A DNA stretch of 63,050 nt, counting the filler, from Octopus bimaculoides (taxonomy: Eukaryota): NCBI RefSeq assembly GCF_001194135.2. It is 5 parts of 5 records of this genome, joined end to end, with 100 filler letters (N's around TTAATTAATTAA, not from the genome) between each part and the next. Parts side by side here need not be neighbours in the genome. Positions count along the whole stretch, not along the records: positions 1 to 15,666 come from NC_068990.1; positions 15,767 to 32,475 come from NC_068993.1; 3 more parts are not named here. One strand, written 5' to 3'. This document shows positions 13,655 through 27,067 of the stretch, one piece after another. The stretch's first letter is position 1. Each line of letters starts with the position of its first letter. The notes below the pieces were generated by a model. It made no database searches. It was not told the origin of the DNA and worked only from the letters and a program-made list of their open reading frames with translations. The position numbers and the translations under genes are program-made.

Positions 13655-14080
13655 TACTCTAGGTACAAGGCCCGAAATTTTTCGGGAGCGGTCCAGTCGA
13701 TTAGATCGACTCCAGTACGTAACTGGTACTTAATTTATCGATCCTGAAAGGATGAAAGGCAAAGTCGACCTTGGCAGAATTTGAACTCAGAACATAAAGA
13801 CAGACGAAATACCGCTAAGCATTTTGCCTAGTGTACTAACGATTCTTATTTGTTTATTGCCCACAAGGGGCTAAACACAGAGGGGACAAAAAAAAGACAG
13901 ACAAAGGAATTGAGTCAATTACATGGACCCCAGTGCGTAAATGGTACTTAATTTATCGACCCCCGAAAGCATGAAAGGCAAAGTCGACCTCGGCAGAATT
14001 TGAACTCAGAACATAAAGACAGACGAAATACCGCTAAGCATTCGGCCGGCGCGCTAACGACTCTGCCAGCGCGCCGCCTT
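13655..14080 (-). mobile_element. Compound SINE: alternative-tailed unit (13846-14063) within a standard-tailed SINE
   Basis: Two head-to-tail units of the aaggcggcgagctggcaga family. Junction GCAATAAACAAATAA|GAATCGTTAG at 13845/13846. The outer unit ends with aatttcgggccttgtacctag. Confidence 0.9.
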
Positions 14081-14658
14081 ATTAATTACTTCCAGTATTG
14101 GATATAAAAATGTGCCTATCACATCGTGCAACTTTTTATGGTACCTATTTAGAACTAGTTTACTGAGCCAGACAAAGTTTAATTTGACAGACAGTGAAGT
14201 TCATTTTGTAATTGTTTACGTTCTCTTTCTTTCCCTCTCTCTCTCTTTTCGCCTTTTTCTCCTTCGATGCATCNNNNNNNNNNNNNNNNNNNNNNNNNNN
14301 NNNNNNNNNNNNNNNNNNNNNNNNNNNNNNNNNNNNNNNNNNNNNNNNNNNNNNNNNNNNNNNNNNNNNNNNNNNNNNNNNNNNNNNNNNNNNNNNNNNN
14401 NNNNNNNNNNNNNNNNNNNNNNNNNNNNNNNNNNNNNNNNNNNNNNNNNNNNNNNNNNNNNNNNNNNNNNNNNNNNNNNNNNNNNNNNNNNNNNNNNNNN
14501 NNNNNNNNNNNNNNNNNNNNNNNNNNNNNNNNNNNNNNNNNNNNNNNNNNNNNNNNNNNNNNNNNNNNNNNNNNNNNNNNNNNNNNNNNNNNNNNNNNNN
14601 NNNNNNNNNNNNNNNNNNNNNNNNNNNNNNNNNNNNNNNNNNNNNNNNNNNNNNNNNN

Positions 14659-14719
<61 letters not shown>

Positions 14720-14929
14720 GACAGACAGAGAGAGAGAGAGAGAGGGAGAGAAATTCAATATTATTCTAAATGAAAACTAAATAAGATTTAAGCATATAAA
14801 TATGTTTTACACATTAAATACACTTTGACATGCCGAACATGAACGGTTTGGTAATCTGGGTAGTCATGTGTAGAGGTTCAGATAAATAATGTTATCTTGT
14901 TAAAACTTCGTGTTAAAACTTTCTGCCTG

Positions 14930-15110
14930 CGACTGAACGGTAACGTCTCTTTACCAGAACTGCTTCCAGGTTACCGCGAGCAAGACACGTGATGCGTTCG
15001 ACACGTCGGTCTGAAAGCGGGACCAATAGATGAGACAGAAAACAAGAATAGCTGCGTTACCGGACACGTGACGTGGCCAGTGTTCTGTTGGACATAACCC
15101 GGTACAATGT
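14930..15110. promoter_or_regulatory. CpG-rich cluster of E-box/CRE/CCAAT-like motifs
   Basis: CACGTG at 14986 and 15065, CACGTC at 15002, TGACGTGG at 15069, CCAAT at 15023, in non-repetitive CpG-rich sequence. Confidence 0.3.
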
Positions 15111-15159
15111 AGGCTGTTGTGCAAGCAGAATTTGAAGAACATGGGCAGAATGTCTAGTG

Positions 15160-15421
15160 CAGTGGTTCTGAATCGTTTTTTTTTTTTTTGCTTATGGATG
15201 CCTTTCATTCCGATTTTATTCTCCTGGATCCCCCTAACCATTCGATATATATAAAAACAGTTCTACTGTGTTTTTATAATTAAATAGTAGAACTTGTATT
15301 AAAATAGTATTAAGATACTTTGTGCGTTGTAGAATTATAAGCAATTTATCGCACATAAATTTTAACAGCAAAATTTTATATAAACTCTCAAAAGCCATAT
15401 GGCCCCCGGTTAAGGACCTTG
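15160..15421. mobile_element. Degenerate hAT-type MITE
   Basis: 5' CAGTGGTTCTGAATCG and 3' ggcccccggttaaggaccttg termini resemble CAGGGGTTCTTAACC-type TIRs. TSD not recovered. Confidence 0.45.
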
Positions 15422-15628
15422 TGGTATGTGGTTATGTACTTCTATATTCCGAGTTCAAATTTTTATCGATGTTTACTTTACCTTCCAACAATTCTGTGTT
15501 CGATACAATTAGTACCTGACACATCCATTTTGGCGTCGCTTATTTGGCGTCGCCAATTCGATGCTGATTTATTTCGTATTAAACGTTTTAATGTTTCTCT
15601 CGTTTTCTCTTTCCGGCTCTCTCTTCTC

Positions 15629-15666
<38 letters not shown>

Positions 15667-15710
15667 NNNNNNNNNNNNNNNNNNNNNNNNNNNNNNNNNN
15701 NNNNNNNNNN

Positions 15711-15722
15711 TTAATTAATTAA
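15711..15722. other. Artificial scaffolding linker TTAATTAATTAA inside an N gap (also 32520-32531, 47835-47846, 60873-60884)
   Basis: The identical 12-mer, with stops in all six frames, sits within N runs at four places. Confidence 0.95.
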
Positions 15723-17099
15723 NNNNNNNNNNNNNNNNNNNNNNNNNNNNNNNNNNNNNNNNNNNNTGGTAAACTTACTTAGGTCAGTCAACCAATTTGT
15801 TAAAAACAATGGTAGCGATTCCATGCAAAAGTTCTAATGAAATATGTTCGCACACACACACACACACGCGCGCGCACACACATACACACACACGCATGCA
15901 TGCACGCACACATACATTATACAAGCGTGTGCATACGTAGAAATAGATAAACGTATCAGAGAAAAACATTACTCACATACATACATACACACGCATACAT
16001 ACATACATATATACGCACACACACACACACACACACATCTACATATAATGTATGAGATAGGATGATTGATAAGCGAAAAATTACTAAGTTTGCCGATGCC
16101 AACTTCTTCACTTCCTTTATCTTTTTAACCCTTCAATGCTCTGTAACAATCTCTCAATTTTTTACTATTTTATTCTCTCCCTAACCCTTCACCTATCACT
16201 ATCTCTTTCTATCGCCGAAATTTATCGAATTTGTTATTTTCAACTTCACTCCTNNNNNNNNNNNNNNNNNNNNNNNNNNNNNNNNNNNNNNNNNNNNNNN
16301 NNNNNNNNNNNNNNNNNNNNNNNNNNNNNNNNNNNNNNNNNNNNNNNNNNNNNNNNNNNNNNNNNNNNNNNNNNNNNNNNNNNNNNNNNNNNNNNNNNNN
16401 NNNNNNNNNNNNNNTATATAGATCTCTCACAGTTTTTACTTGGCGTTTCTCTTAATCTTTCATCCTCTTATAGTATCTGTTTCGTCTCTTGTTTCCTTCC
16501 CTCCACTACTTTCAGTTTTACTTTACTACCATTCGTATTCTTTCGCTTTCATTTTATCATTCTGTTTCCCCCCCTCTCTCTCTCTCTCTCTCTCTGATAC
16601 ACAACCCGACCCTGTTTACCTTTATATCATTCTCCCTCGTTTCTTTCTCTTCTAAATTTCTCTCCCTATTTTTTTTCCATCAAGAATCAATGAAGCATAA
16701 AGCTAATTCAGATCTGATATTCAGTGTCAGCATCACGTGACTGTACAGCCGTTGTGTGACCGCTTGAACGACATTATTATTCTCACACTTCACGTCTGCT
16801 TCTTCCACTTCTCGTCTCCCTATCGTCCTCGTCTTGTCTCGTCTTCGTTCTATATTGTTTGTTGGTATTACTTTCATTTTGCCTTTCTCTTTTTTTTAGC
16901 ATTCATATTTTTGTCTTAATTTTTGTTTTTGTTTATCCCGAAGTCAAATGAAATTAGAATTCCACAGCCGTTCGTTCATGGACATTGAAAATATGCTCAG
17001 TCAAATGGTGGCTATATTATGAGCGAGTTGTGTTGCTGGAGTGGGTTTGTGAGTTTACTGGTGGAGAGGGGTAACAATGCTGCAGTAGGGGGTAGTTGT

Positions 17100-17334
17100 T
17101 GATGAGGAGTAGGACGGCCGGCGTAGATAGTGTGATGAAGATGTTGATGATGCTGATCATTATAGGGGAGAAGAATGAGAGAGGAGGAAGAGCTGGAGGA
17201 AACGGAGAAGAAGAATGATGATCATCATCATCATGAGGAGGAGAAGGAGGAAGGGAGGAAGGGGAGGAGGAGGAAAAAGATTAAGGTGGTGGTGGTGGTG
17301 GCGATAATCGTCGAAGACGAAGCGATAATGGCGT

Positions 17335-17365
<31 letters not shown>

Positions 17366-17470
17366 AGTAGGGGAGAAGAATGACAGACGAGGAGGAACAG
17401 AAGGAGAAGGATGAGCACGATGGTGATGGTGATGAGTTGATGTTGATTATGATGATGATGATGATGAGAA
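17100..17470. repeat. GAT/GGA/GGT low-complexity trinucleotide region
   Basis: Mixed trinucleotide runs. Overlapping ORFs are poly-H/S/M/E artefacts. Confidence 0.9.
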
Positions 17471-17669
17471 GAATTTGTTGCAAAGCTTAAAAACAAAACA
17501 ATAAAAGGAAATAACACCGCTCTAACCCAGACATAACCACAAACATGTCAATAAAAAGACACCAATGCCACATAATATCGCATACGTACACCACAAATAC
17601 ACACATATGTACGCATCTACATGAACAGACACACACAAATATGCGCAGACGCGATTTTATATGTGTTTA

Positions 17670-17736
<67 letters not shown>

Positions 17737-17875
17737 GCATTGTTTGCGGACACTTAGACGCGCGCGTAGATATATACCAAGTCTCGCGGGACATCCGTAC
17801 AAAACTGACGACGGCTGTTTGGAAGCTGGGGATTCTGGGAAATCTTAGACTTAATTTATTGATTCTCACACCAAA

Positions 17876-17906
<31 letters not shown>

Positions 17907-18057
17907 CGCACGCACAAACACAAAAGAAACGTAACTAGGTCGATGAATAGATGATGATGATAGGGTGATCCCCAACTTCTTCATGACCTTTGTCGTCACG
18001 GCTAATGATAATAATAATAATAATATTCATTATTATTATTAGCTATAATAATAATTT

Positions 18058-18220
18058 CTCCTATAGGTACAACGCCTAAAATTTGTGAGAAGAGTCCTAA
18101 TCGATTACATCGATACCAGTGCTCAACTGGTATATATTTCATCGACCACGAAAGGATGAAAGGCAAAGTCGACTTCTGTGAAATTTGAACTCAGAACGTA
18201 AAGACGGAGGAAATGCCACT
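18058..18220 (-). mobile_element. 5'-truncated standard-tailed SINE
   Basis: Contains cgaaaggatgaaaggcaaagtcgac..tttgaactcagaacgtaaagac, shared with 13655-14080. Confidence 0.75.
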
Positions 18221-18988
18221 GTCATCATAAGAATTTGAAGCTCTTATTTACTGTTTGCTGTGGTTGTTGTTTAGCCCCTGGTCAAACCTGGTTGAGTAGA
18301 TCTATGATCAAAACATTCCAGTCATCATTTCATCTACATTTTCGATGCTGTGATGACACGATGTGATTTGCAGTGTGATTTAGCTACCGTTTCTTTAATG
18401 TCGAGCGACCTTATAGATTACTTGCTTCTTGATTCATATTTAGATTTTTGTAGCTTGTGAACAAGTTTTTCCTTTGGCATAGTTTCGATACTGGATTCAC
18501 AATCTTTAAGTCGTGGTTTCAATTCTTGTTTCCGTCCCTAGTTTCTTTGAGAAAAACAAATCGTCCGTCCCACAATACTTCAGTCTACTCTGCTGAAAAT
18601 TAGTACAGACGCAAGTTCAGCACTAGGTGCTTCTCTTCGACCAAATGGCATCCAATCCAAAACTATATTTTCCATGACCAAACGCTCCAATAGAACTGAA
18701 AACGTGTGTGTTTGTCTTGAACCTGGACAATGGCAGGATAGTAAATGGTACGCTCTGCCAAAGCACCAAATTACTGTCTGTCTGAGCATGAAACGTATCG
18801 TAGCTCATATATAAATCCTCTGTTTATTAAATAATAATTATTTACATACAGATATTCACACACACTCACACACATACACACATAAACATTTTTGCATGTA
18901 TCCACCTCTCTCTCACTATATATAAATATATATACACATAATGTGTGTGTGTACGTATGTATATTCCTCTCTATCTCTTTTTTCTCCG

Positions 18989-19022
<34 letters not shown>

Positions 19023-19492
19023 TAATTCCCATGGGACCTAATAGTTAATGTTCACGACGTCCCTCGTCAGACATTATTTCGTAAGGATAAAAAAGTGAGC
19101 TTTAACCGCATTAACCTTGTCCATTTATACATATACACCACAATCTGTCGAGAGGCTTCACAAAAGAAACAGCTCCCAGCAGCCCTCTTTTCTTTCTCTT
19201 CATTGCTTTCTTCTTTCTCACTCAGAGTAGCGTATCGATGCGTATATAGAAAAATATATGTTAAAAAAAAAATATGATGCGATTTATAAGTTTATCGCTT
19301 CGATGAATATAACGAGCTGTAATCAAATTATATATACACGTCGAAATAATTCTAATACACATTATTATTTTAATTTTTTTTATTTTTATATATATATCTA
19401 AGCAATGTATACCTCTGTAATATTGATAATAATACTTCTGTATATTTTGTAATTATGTGTAGATTTATTGGATATTATCTGTCTTATTATTA

Positions 19493-19539
<47 letters not shown>

Positions 19540-19741
19540 GGTATTTTTCTTCTTTTTTTTTGTAATTGTGGAAGGGACTTTTAATCAAATAATAAAAATG
19601 TATTGATGCGGGACATATATATCTTGCCAAATTGGCAATAAAGTTTAATTAATTAAACAAATAGACACACGCCCAGATATGCGTACGCCTCGCGCGCGCA
19701 CACACGCATACGCTCGCATATGTGTGTGTGTGTGTAGTTTG

Positions 19742-19783
<42 letters not shown>

Positions 19784-20065
19784 TGAGCGAGTACCGATTT
19801 TATTTATTTGAGCATATTTAATTAGCAACGCTACTTTGGACTGTTTTACAATATCGTATTTCTATTATTTCACATATTCCTATTAGTTCTTTTGTCTTTA
19901 GTTGCTATTTAGCAGCTTCTAAAATATGTTTTCGCATGTCTGTTTCATTGACGAGTGAAAGTCACGTGCTTTTCTGTTGCAAGATTCTTCAGACGCACGT
20001 CGTCCATTGTGTATCTGTATGAGCGTGTGTATTCGTGTACGCATTTGTGTGTGAATATATATATA

Positions 20066-20079
20066 AGATCGGAAGAGCA
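20066..20079 (+). other. Illumina adapter remnant at a contig end
   Basis: AGATCGGAAGAGCA immediately before an N gap. Confidence 0.88.
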
Positions 20080-20284
20080 NNNNNNNNNNNNNNNNNNNNN
20101 NNNNNNNNNNNNNNNNNNNNNNNNNNNNNNNNNNNNNNNNNNNNNNNNNNNNNNNNNNNNNNNNNNNNNNNNNNNNNNNNNNNNNNNNNNNNNNNNNNNN
20201 NNNNNNNNNNNNNNNNNNNNNNNNNNNNNNNNNNNNNNNNNNNNNNNNNNNNNNNNNNNNNNNNNNNNNNNNNNNNNNNNNNNN

Positions 20285-20332
<48 letters not shown>

Positions 20333-20496
20333 GTGTATATATGTACGCATATGTGTGTATGTGAATGTGTACGTATAGGAGAGAGAGATACATACATTAT
20401 TTCGCGATTTGCACCGAATGATGCACGGTAGTCAGCAATTATTGCGTCGCAATTCATACGGATTAGCACTTTCCTCCATTGGTAGATCTGGAAACG

Positions 20497-20530
<34 letters not shown>

Positions 20531-21694
20531 GGCGATCTCTTTTTTTTTATTTTTACTCTCTGAAAATGAAACAGTAAACACCTGTTTAGTTTGGTTTGGA
20601 CGAGTTGTAATAGATGAGTTGCTGGAGGAAAAAAAAAGAAACAAAATAATCTGCCTTAGAGCTCTCTTGATGTGGTCCTGTTTTGTATAAAAGATTGGTC
20701 ATGTAATTGAATCTGTCAAATTAACTTTAAAGGGACCAACCAGCACTCGTTGCAAACTTCTTTTTGCCGATCTTTCGCCCTTGTTTTCCATATATTTCGT
20801 CTACATTTATTTTTCAGATTTTAATTAAATTCTTCTTTTTCGCCTCACACGTTTTTATATATCCTACTCATGCTCTACCAATCATTCATTGATTCATTCA
20901 CTCACTCCCTGTCACTCCCTAAATCTCTACTCTCCCCTGTTATCTTATGCTGTCTCTATCGTCTACATAATTTTCTTTTCATTCTTTTTTTTTTGCGTTC
21001 TCCTTTTAGTGTTCATGCGCTCTTCTTCCTAACGTATCCCATTTAAAGTAATGTGATATTGATATTCTGCTGGGAGTAAAAATCGATATTAGCCAAATAC
21101 TGTTCACACGATATTGAACAGTATTCAAGAGATAGCCATAAACTTTTGCGTCGCCTTTTCTATATAACTAGAAACCGACATCCTGATATATTTACCAAAC
21201 AACGTTGAAACTCTCGTTCCAAATACATGCCTCATATTCTTATATAGTATTTTTTGTCGTTTACGTACCTACATATTTACCTTTAAACAATTATATTCAA
21301 GAGCATAATACGGCCAAATAGTTCACGATACTGTATGAAAATAGCATCCAAGAACACATTTGTAGCTTTCCGACTGACGATTCTGCTGGCTAAAAGACGC
21401 AAACAGATATTACCCAATCATACAATATTGCTGTATAATTAGTTGGTAACATTGTTTAACGTACTCGTAGATAAACCACGTTTGAGTAAAAGACGGAACA
21501 TTAATGGTACGAATGTCGGAAAGTTACTGATACAAATAATAGTGCTCACGAATATATTCAATCAGAGCCGACATAGTGATAAATAACGACAAAAACTGGA
21601 TGAAAAGAATTTCAATTAAACTGCTTTATTTTCGTCTGGTCTTTCCTTGGGCTGTTATATCCTTCATGGGGTCGTAGGGGCAATATTAGACATT

Positions 21695-21851
21695 CTCTTC
21701 TAATCTAGGCACAAGACCCGAAATTTTTTGGGGGGAGGGGCTATTCGATTAGATCGACCCAGTACGTAACTGGTATTTAATCTATCTACCCAGTACGCAA
21801 CTGATATTTAATCTATCGACCCCGAAAGGATGAAAGACAGAGCCGACCTCC
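21695..21851 (-). mobile_element. 5'-truncated SINE with 17-bp TSD and internal 31-bp duplication
   Basis: Flanked by GGGCAATATTAGACATT (21678-21694) and GGGCAATATTAGATATT (21852-21868). acccagtacgYaactgRtatttaatctatc occurs twice. Confidence 0.85.
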
Positions 21852-22524
21852 GGGCAATATTAGATATTGTCTCAACAATATGTCCCAGAAGGTCTCAACA
21901 TAGCCGATTTCTTCCAGAAAGAAGAAAAAACAGAGAAAAATAAATCAGATTAAGGAGAAGAGTAGACCCAACAAATCTATTGCTGATATTTTATTTAGTG
22001 GCGTTCGAAAATCTAAAAGACAAAATTGTACTTTGGTGAAGTTTGAACTCGGAGTGCATGTAACGGGAAATATGACCGAAGACTTACAGCAAGCTCGCTG
22101 AAATAAAACTAAAGTAAACAGGTTCACAGATATTTATGAAATGAAACAAATAATTAAAAATTTCTTTGTGGTTTGTAGGGGGTGGGGTTCAGTTCGTTTC
22201 GCACTACCTGCGAAACACTGACGATCAATGCAAAACAGGAATTTGTACCGCATCTGCGAAACGATTCAGAAACCGGATTTCTTTTACAATAAGCATAAGA
22301 AACTAAATGCATAATTGTGTCAGCTAATTGGATAGTGGGCGCGTCCATGTCATTCTGGTATACACACGTATATTATATATATATATATATATATGACTTA
22401 CTCGGTGCGTAACGATAAAAGAAACACATTTCTATATTTAATACATATATTGTTTAACTGTGAAGCAAAAATTATAGCAGACAGTATTCCTTACATTGTA
22501 AACAACATGGTACTGTTCTTGAGA

Positions 22525-22745
22525 ATATAGGCACAAGGCCTAAAGTTTTTTTGGGGGCTGGGGGGAGGGGTTTAATAGTCGATGTAATCAACCCCGGAAT
22601 TTCACTGTTACTTAATGTATCGACCCTAAAAGGACGAAAGGTAAAGTCGACCTCGGCGGAATTTGAAATCAGAACGTAGTGATGGGCGAAATACTGCTAA
22701 GTATTTTGTCCAGCCGGCTAACATCTTTGCCAGCTCGTCCTCTTA
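22525..22745 (-). mobile_element. Near full-length standard-tailed SINE
   Basis: Runs from tail taggcacaaggcctaaa to head tttgccagctcgtcctctt. Confidence 0.8.
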
Positions 22746-23482
22746 CGTTTTGTACTTAATATCGGACGCAATGTAAACTGAAGATTCGATTCGCATCTTT
22801 GTTGGGGCTTTTTCATCGCCGTTTTACCGAAGTAAAAAAGAAAACTTCATAAATATGCCGCGTGATCGCGACTGAAGATCAAAAGGATCGAAATTACCAA
22901 AGACGCGCATAATGATTTAGCAAACAAAAGGTAAAAATAATAATAATAACAGTTTTATTTCTGTAGGCAGAGGCAAGATACAAGAATATCATCTACTTAC
23001 TAATTCCCTATTTAGAATATGGTTTTAGTTCATACGAGCGCAAAACGAATTGCATGTTGAGTTTTATTGACAATAGGAACAATATTTCGAATTCACTAAT
23101 ATCCAATGATATTTTTTATTTTTTTTTATTTCGAAGTAACAACAATAATGATGATAAAGAACACCAGGACCACAATTATTTGAATCAAAATCTTCAGTAA
23201 TTTCGAAATTCGAATTTTCTGTATAAAATTTGAAGTATTTCACGATAATTTTATTAGGTGGTGTTGGATTGTTTCGTTACCTAGTAACTTCGCGTTTTGA
23301 CAAGAGACTAACAGAATAAGTTTCACTCTTTAAAAACAATTACTGGTATTGATTGGCACGATTAAAAACTAATGTAATGACTGAAAAACGAAAAGATAAA
23401 AATGTGTGTATATATATATGTCCGTCTATGTTTGTACTTATTTATCTATATGTATGTATATGTATATTTGTATGAACACGTA

Positions 23483-23534
<52 letters not shown>

Positions 23535-23956
23535 CGCACGCACTCATACAACTCCGTATATATGTATGTACAGGGAAAGAGAGAAGGATTGGCGGAGGGA
23601 GACACTGTGCAAGTGAAAAAGAGAAAATAGTGAAGAGAAACAGTAGCTGGAATTTGTAATAAAATCTAATATTGCAATTACTAATACTACATCGCTCAAC
23701 AACTCCATCCATGCGTTTGTGCAAATGATCCAGATTTATCGATCTCACTAAGAAATTATTACAAGATGCCGATAGACAATTGATGTTGCACTAATGTAAA
23801 TTAGCTGGGATATTTTATAGAATTCCAAAATGATTGCACGAAACGAAAGTAGGTCTTCCATGAATAGCTGTTTCCGAGCGCATACGTATGTTTTGTGTAC
23901 GTTTTCTGCATATGAAGGTTCTTATACGTTAATGGTAATATGTGAATACATATACA

Positions 23957-24001
<45 letters not shown>

Positions 24002-25456
24002 TTATTCATTTGTGGATATGTAATATTTATTTTAATAATTCATTTATTCATACTGTCTTTTGAAATCCAGTGCAATTCTATAGAAGCGTTTTTAAATTTG
24101 AACAAATAACTGTTATTATATTATTTTTCAAAAATCTGCATGAGCATGTATATATTTCTCTGTGTTGTTTTACGTTTTATTATTAAAACTTTTCACCATC
24201 TGAAAATATGCCGGTTTCTAAATCAGAAACAAGGCTCCTTCATCGGAATTTAGAAAACATCAGCTAAATAGCTGAGTATAACCGAGTGAATGTACGCTAG
24301 TATGTACGTGTATTATATATGTTTGTGCGTTTGTACCCACACGTATGTGCGCAGGCCTACATGTCATCGCGTTCATGGATTTGTATAGATTCATTTATGT
24401 ATAAGTACAAATAATATGTGTGTGTGTGTACCTGTTACATGCTCATCATTGATTAACACACACAGAGCACTGCCTGTCGTTGCCGCCATCACATATCAGA
24501 CGAATCATTTCACTCACTTAGAAATTCTTTACCTCACACCACCTCTCGTACTAACCGACTTTCTACCATCAGTCTTTCGTCAATATTCACATTTCATTCT
24601 CTGAATATAGCATAAATGAATAGTCTAAAACCAATCAAGATATTTAGCAATACGTATGGATGATTCCATCTTTAGTGTACCGAAATCAATATTCTGATCA
24701 TTATGTAAATTTGTCTTCGTTAAATTTGGCTGTTATTAAAAGCATATAGGACTTGTTACATTTTAGCTGTTCAGGAGTTGATTTCATGTATCTAAAACGA
24801 ATATTTCAATTAATATTTATTTTTATAAAATATATGTTCTAGTATTTTCGTATTTTTGTGATAGAATCATCAAAGGATGAGTATCATTCATGATATTTCA
24901 TAGGTTCGCTGGTCTGAGAAGGCAAAAGAGAAACGTTGGAACTGTCCTAAAATATCTGCAACAGATTAAACTCTGTAAAAATACCATACATACTGGCATC
25001 CGCGTTCTTGGACCTTCATGCCTAACAATGACAAATTTTCTACTGATTTATTTGCATCTTAGACTAATTATCTCCTGGTCTATACAGGTTATCATTGGGA
25101 CACGAGGTGTGTTTAACTTTTTTGCATGGAGACTGATTCACGTGATTTCAGGACATGCTCACACATCGTTAAGAAGCTTATTTGACATATATATATTAAG
25201 ACCACGTCACAACTGATTTCTGTATATTTTACTCACAACACCATCTTCCGTCATTCGAGCTGTAACTGGGACTCTTTAAAGTACTACCACTCAGGGCCAG
25301 AACGGGTTTGGGTGAAGTGTTAATGAGAAGTAATTCCTTATTGCTCAAACCTCCGAAACTCCCGAGATGCAACCTCATAACCGGAGACAATTTTTATGTA
25401 TTTCCTAGGATAACACTGGGTGTTGAAGTAGGACACGAATTAAGTCTATCAACCAA

Positions 25457-25530
<74 letters not shown>

Positions 25531-25739
25531 GTGGCTTAATGCATCACACAGTTTTATAATGTTTGCAATCTCAACATAGAAACGGAAAGTGGATACAGAG
25601 TATATAAAATAAGTGAAAAAGCAATCACCTAAGTACAAGGTGAAACAGAAATAAATAAGTCTTGGGACAACTGGGAAATGTAGATTCATGCCCCATCTAA
25701 CATTATTTTGCTATGTTTTGCGGTTATATGCTATCCACC

Positions 25740-26060
25740 CAATTCTAATACACAGTACCCTGCAACAACCACAACAACAACAACTAATACAACTGAAACT
25801 GCAGTATTATTAGTAAAAGTTGTATCATCAGTGAGAATAATATCAATAATAAATAAATATTTTGATGACGAACATGACGGCAGCGCCGACGACGACGACG
25901 ACGACGACGACGACGATATTGGCATTGACGATAACAACGATGGTGACGTCGGCAGAAACGTTGTTGACAACGACTACAAGAACGACGATATTGAAGACTA
26001 CAAGAGTGATGATGATAATGTTGTTGTTGTTGTTGTGGTGGTGGTGGTGGTGGGAGTTGT
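25740..26060. repeat. CAA/GAC/GAT/GTT low-complexity region
   Basis: Trinucleotide runs. ORFs here are poly-D/T/V artefacts. Confidence 0.88.
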
Positions 26061-26344
26061 CCTGGTGATTTCTAAATTTTAACGTATGAAAAAAAAATGT
26101 ACTGCGCTTAATGGAGTCTTTTATTTATTATTGTTTTTCTTTATTCTCTCTCTTTACTTTAAATATTCAGAAGGCTTGAAAGTAAATGTGTCATTGTTTT
26201 CTTCATTTACTCTTGTAGACAGTAGAAAATGCAAAAAGAAAAAAAAAGAAAAACACACCAAAAAGCCGGTACACACACAAACACGTACATACACACATAA
26301 ACAAGCAAAATCACATTGGCAAACAATAAAATACGCATAGTCAT

Positions 26345-26382
<38 letters not shown>

Positions 26383-27018
26383 GCACGCTCTTGTTTATCG
26401 GAAGCCGAAATATATAAACAAGTACACTTAATACAAACTAGCAATAAACAACGCAAAAATAAAATGTGAAACAAAAGAAAAATAACCAAGAAGTCTACGA
26501 ATGAAATTAGTCTTTTAAACGCCATCTCGCTGCTTAATAAGTGATCTGTTATTTAAATTAAAATACAATATGATGTACTGCAAGGCGTTGTTGTTTGCTC
26601 CAGTCGTTTTCTGTTCTTTTCTGTGCAGACATGATTTTCCTTTTTTATTTATTTCTTAAAATAAATTTATTTCGTTTAGTTATATTTGAAATTTATTATT
26701 GATTACAGACACACATAAGCAATTTTTTTTTCTCATCAAGTTACACCGCTCGGTCATTCTGTCAGTTGTAAACTCCAGTGATTAAGCCTTAATTTTAGAT
26801 ATTCATCTTCATTAAAGGGTTTATTATGAGATAATAAATAGACGAATAAATAAATCTATCAAAGAAAAGCAAAAGTAAAACAAAGGAACTATACACATAC
26901 ACATATGCAAGTTGTGGGTGTGTATAAATAAATATATATATATATATCCAGAACTTCAACCGTTTGTTTGTTTTTCGCACCGCACGCACACACACACACA
27001 CCCACACACACAAACAGA

Positions 27019-27067
<49 letters not shown>

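Noticed and set aside
15711-15722. Recurrent palindromic TTAATTAATTAA
   Set aside because: Always embedded in N runs; a synthetic linker.
18585-18830. ~75-codon plus-strand frame with ENVCVCLEPGQWQDSKW resembling a C-type lectin motif
   Set aside because: Lacks the Cys after WxD and has wrong spacing to the last Cys. Splice support is weak.
20066-20079. AGATCGGAAGAGCA motif
   Set aside because: Illumina adapter contamination, not biology.
20399-20490. Minus-strand open frame IYQWRKVLIRMNCDAIIADYRASFGANREI between AG and GTATGT
   Set aside because: The acceptor has no polypyrimidine tract, and it does not chain in phase to neighbouring candidates into a recognisable protein.
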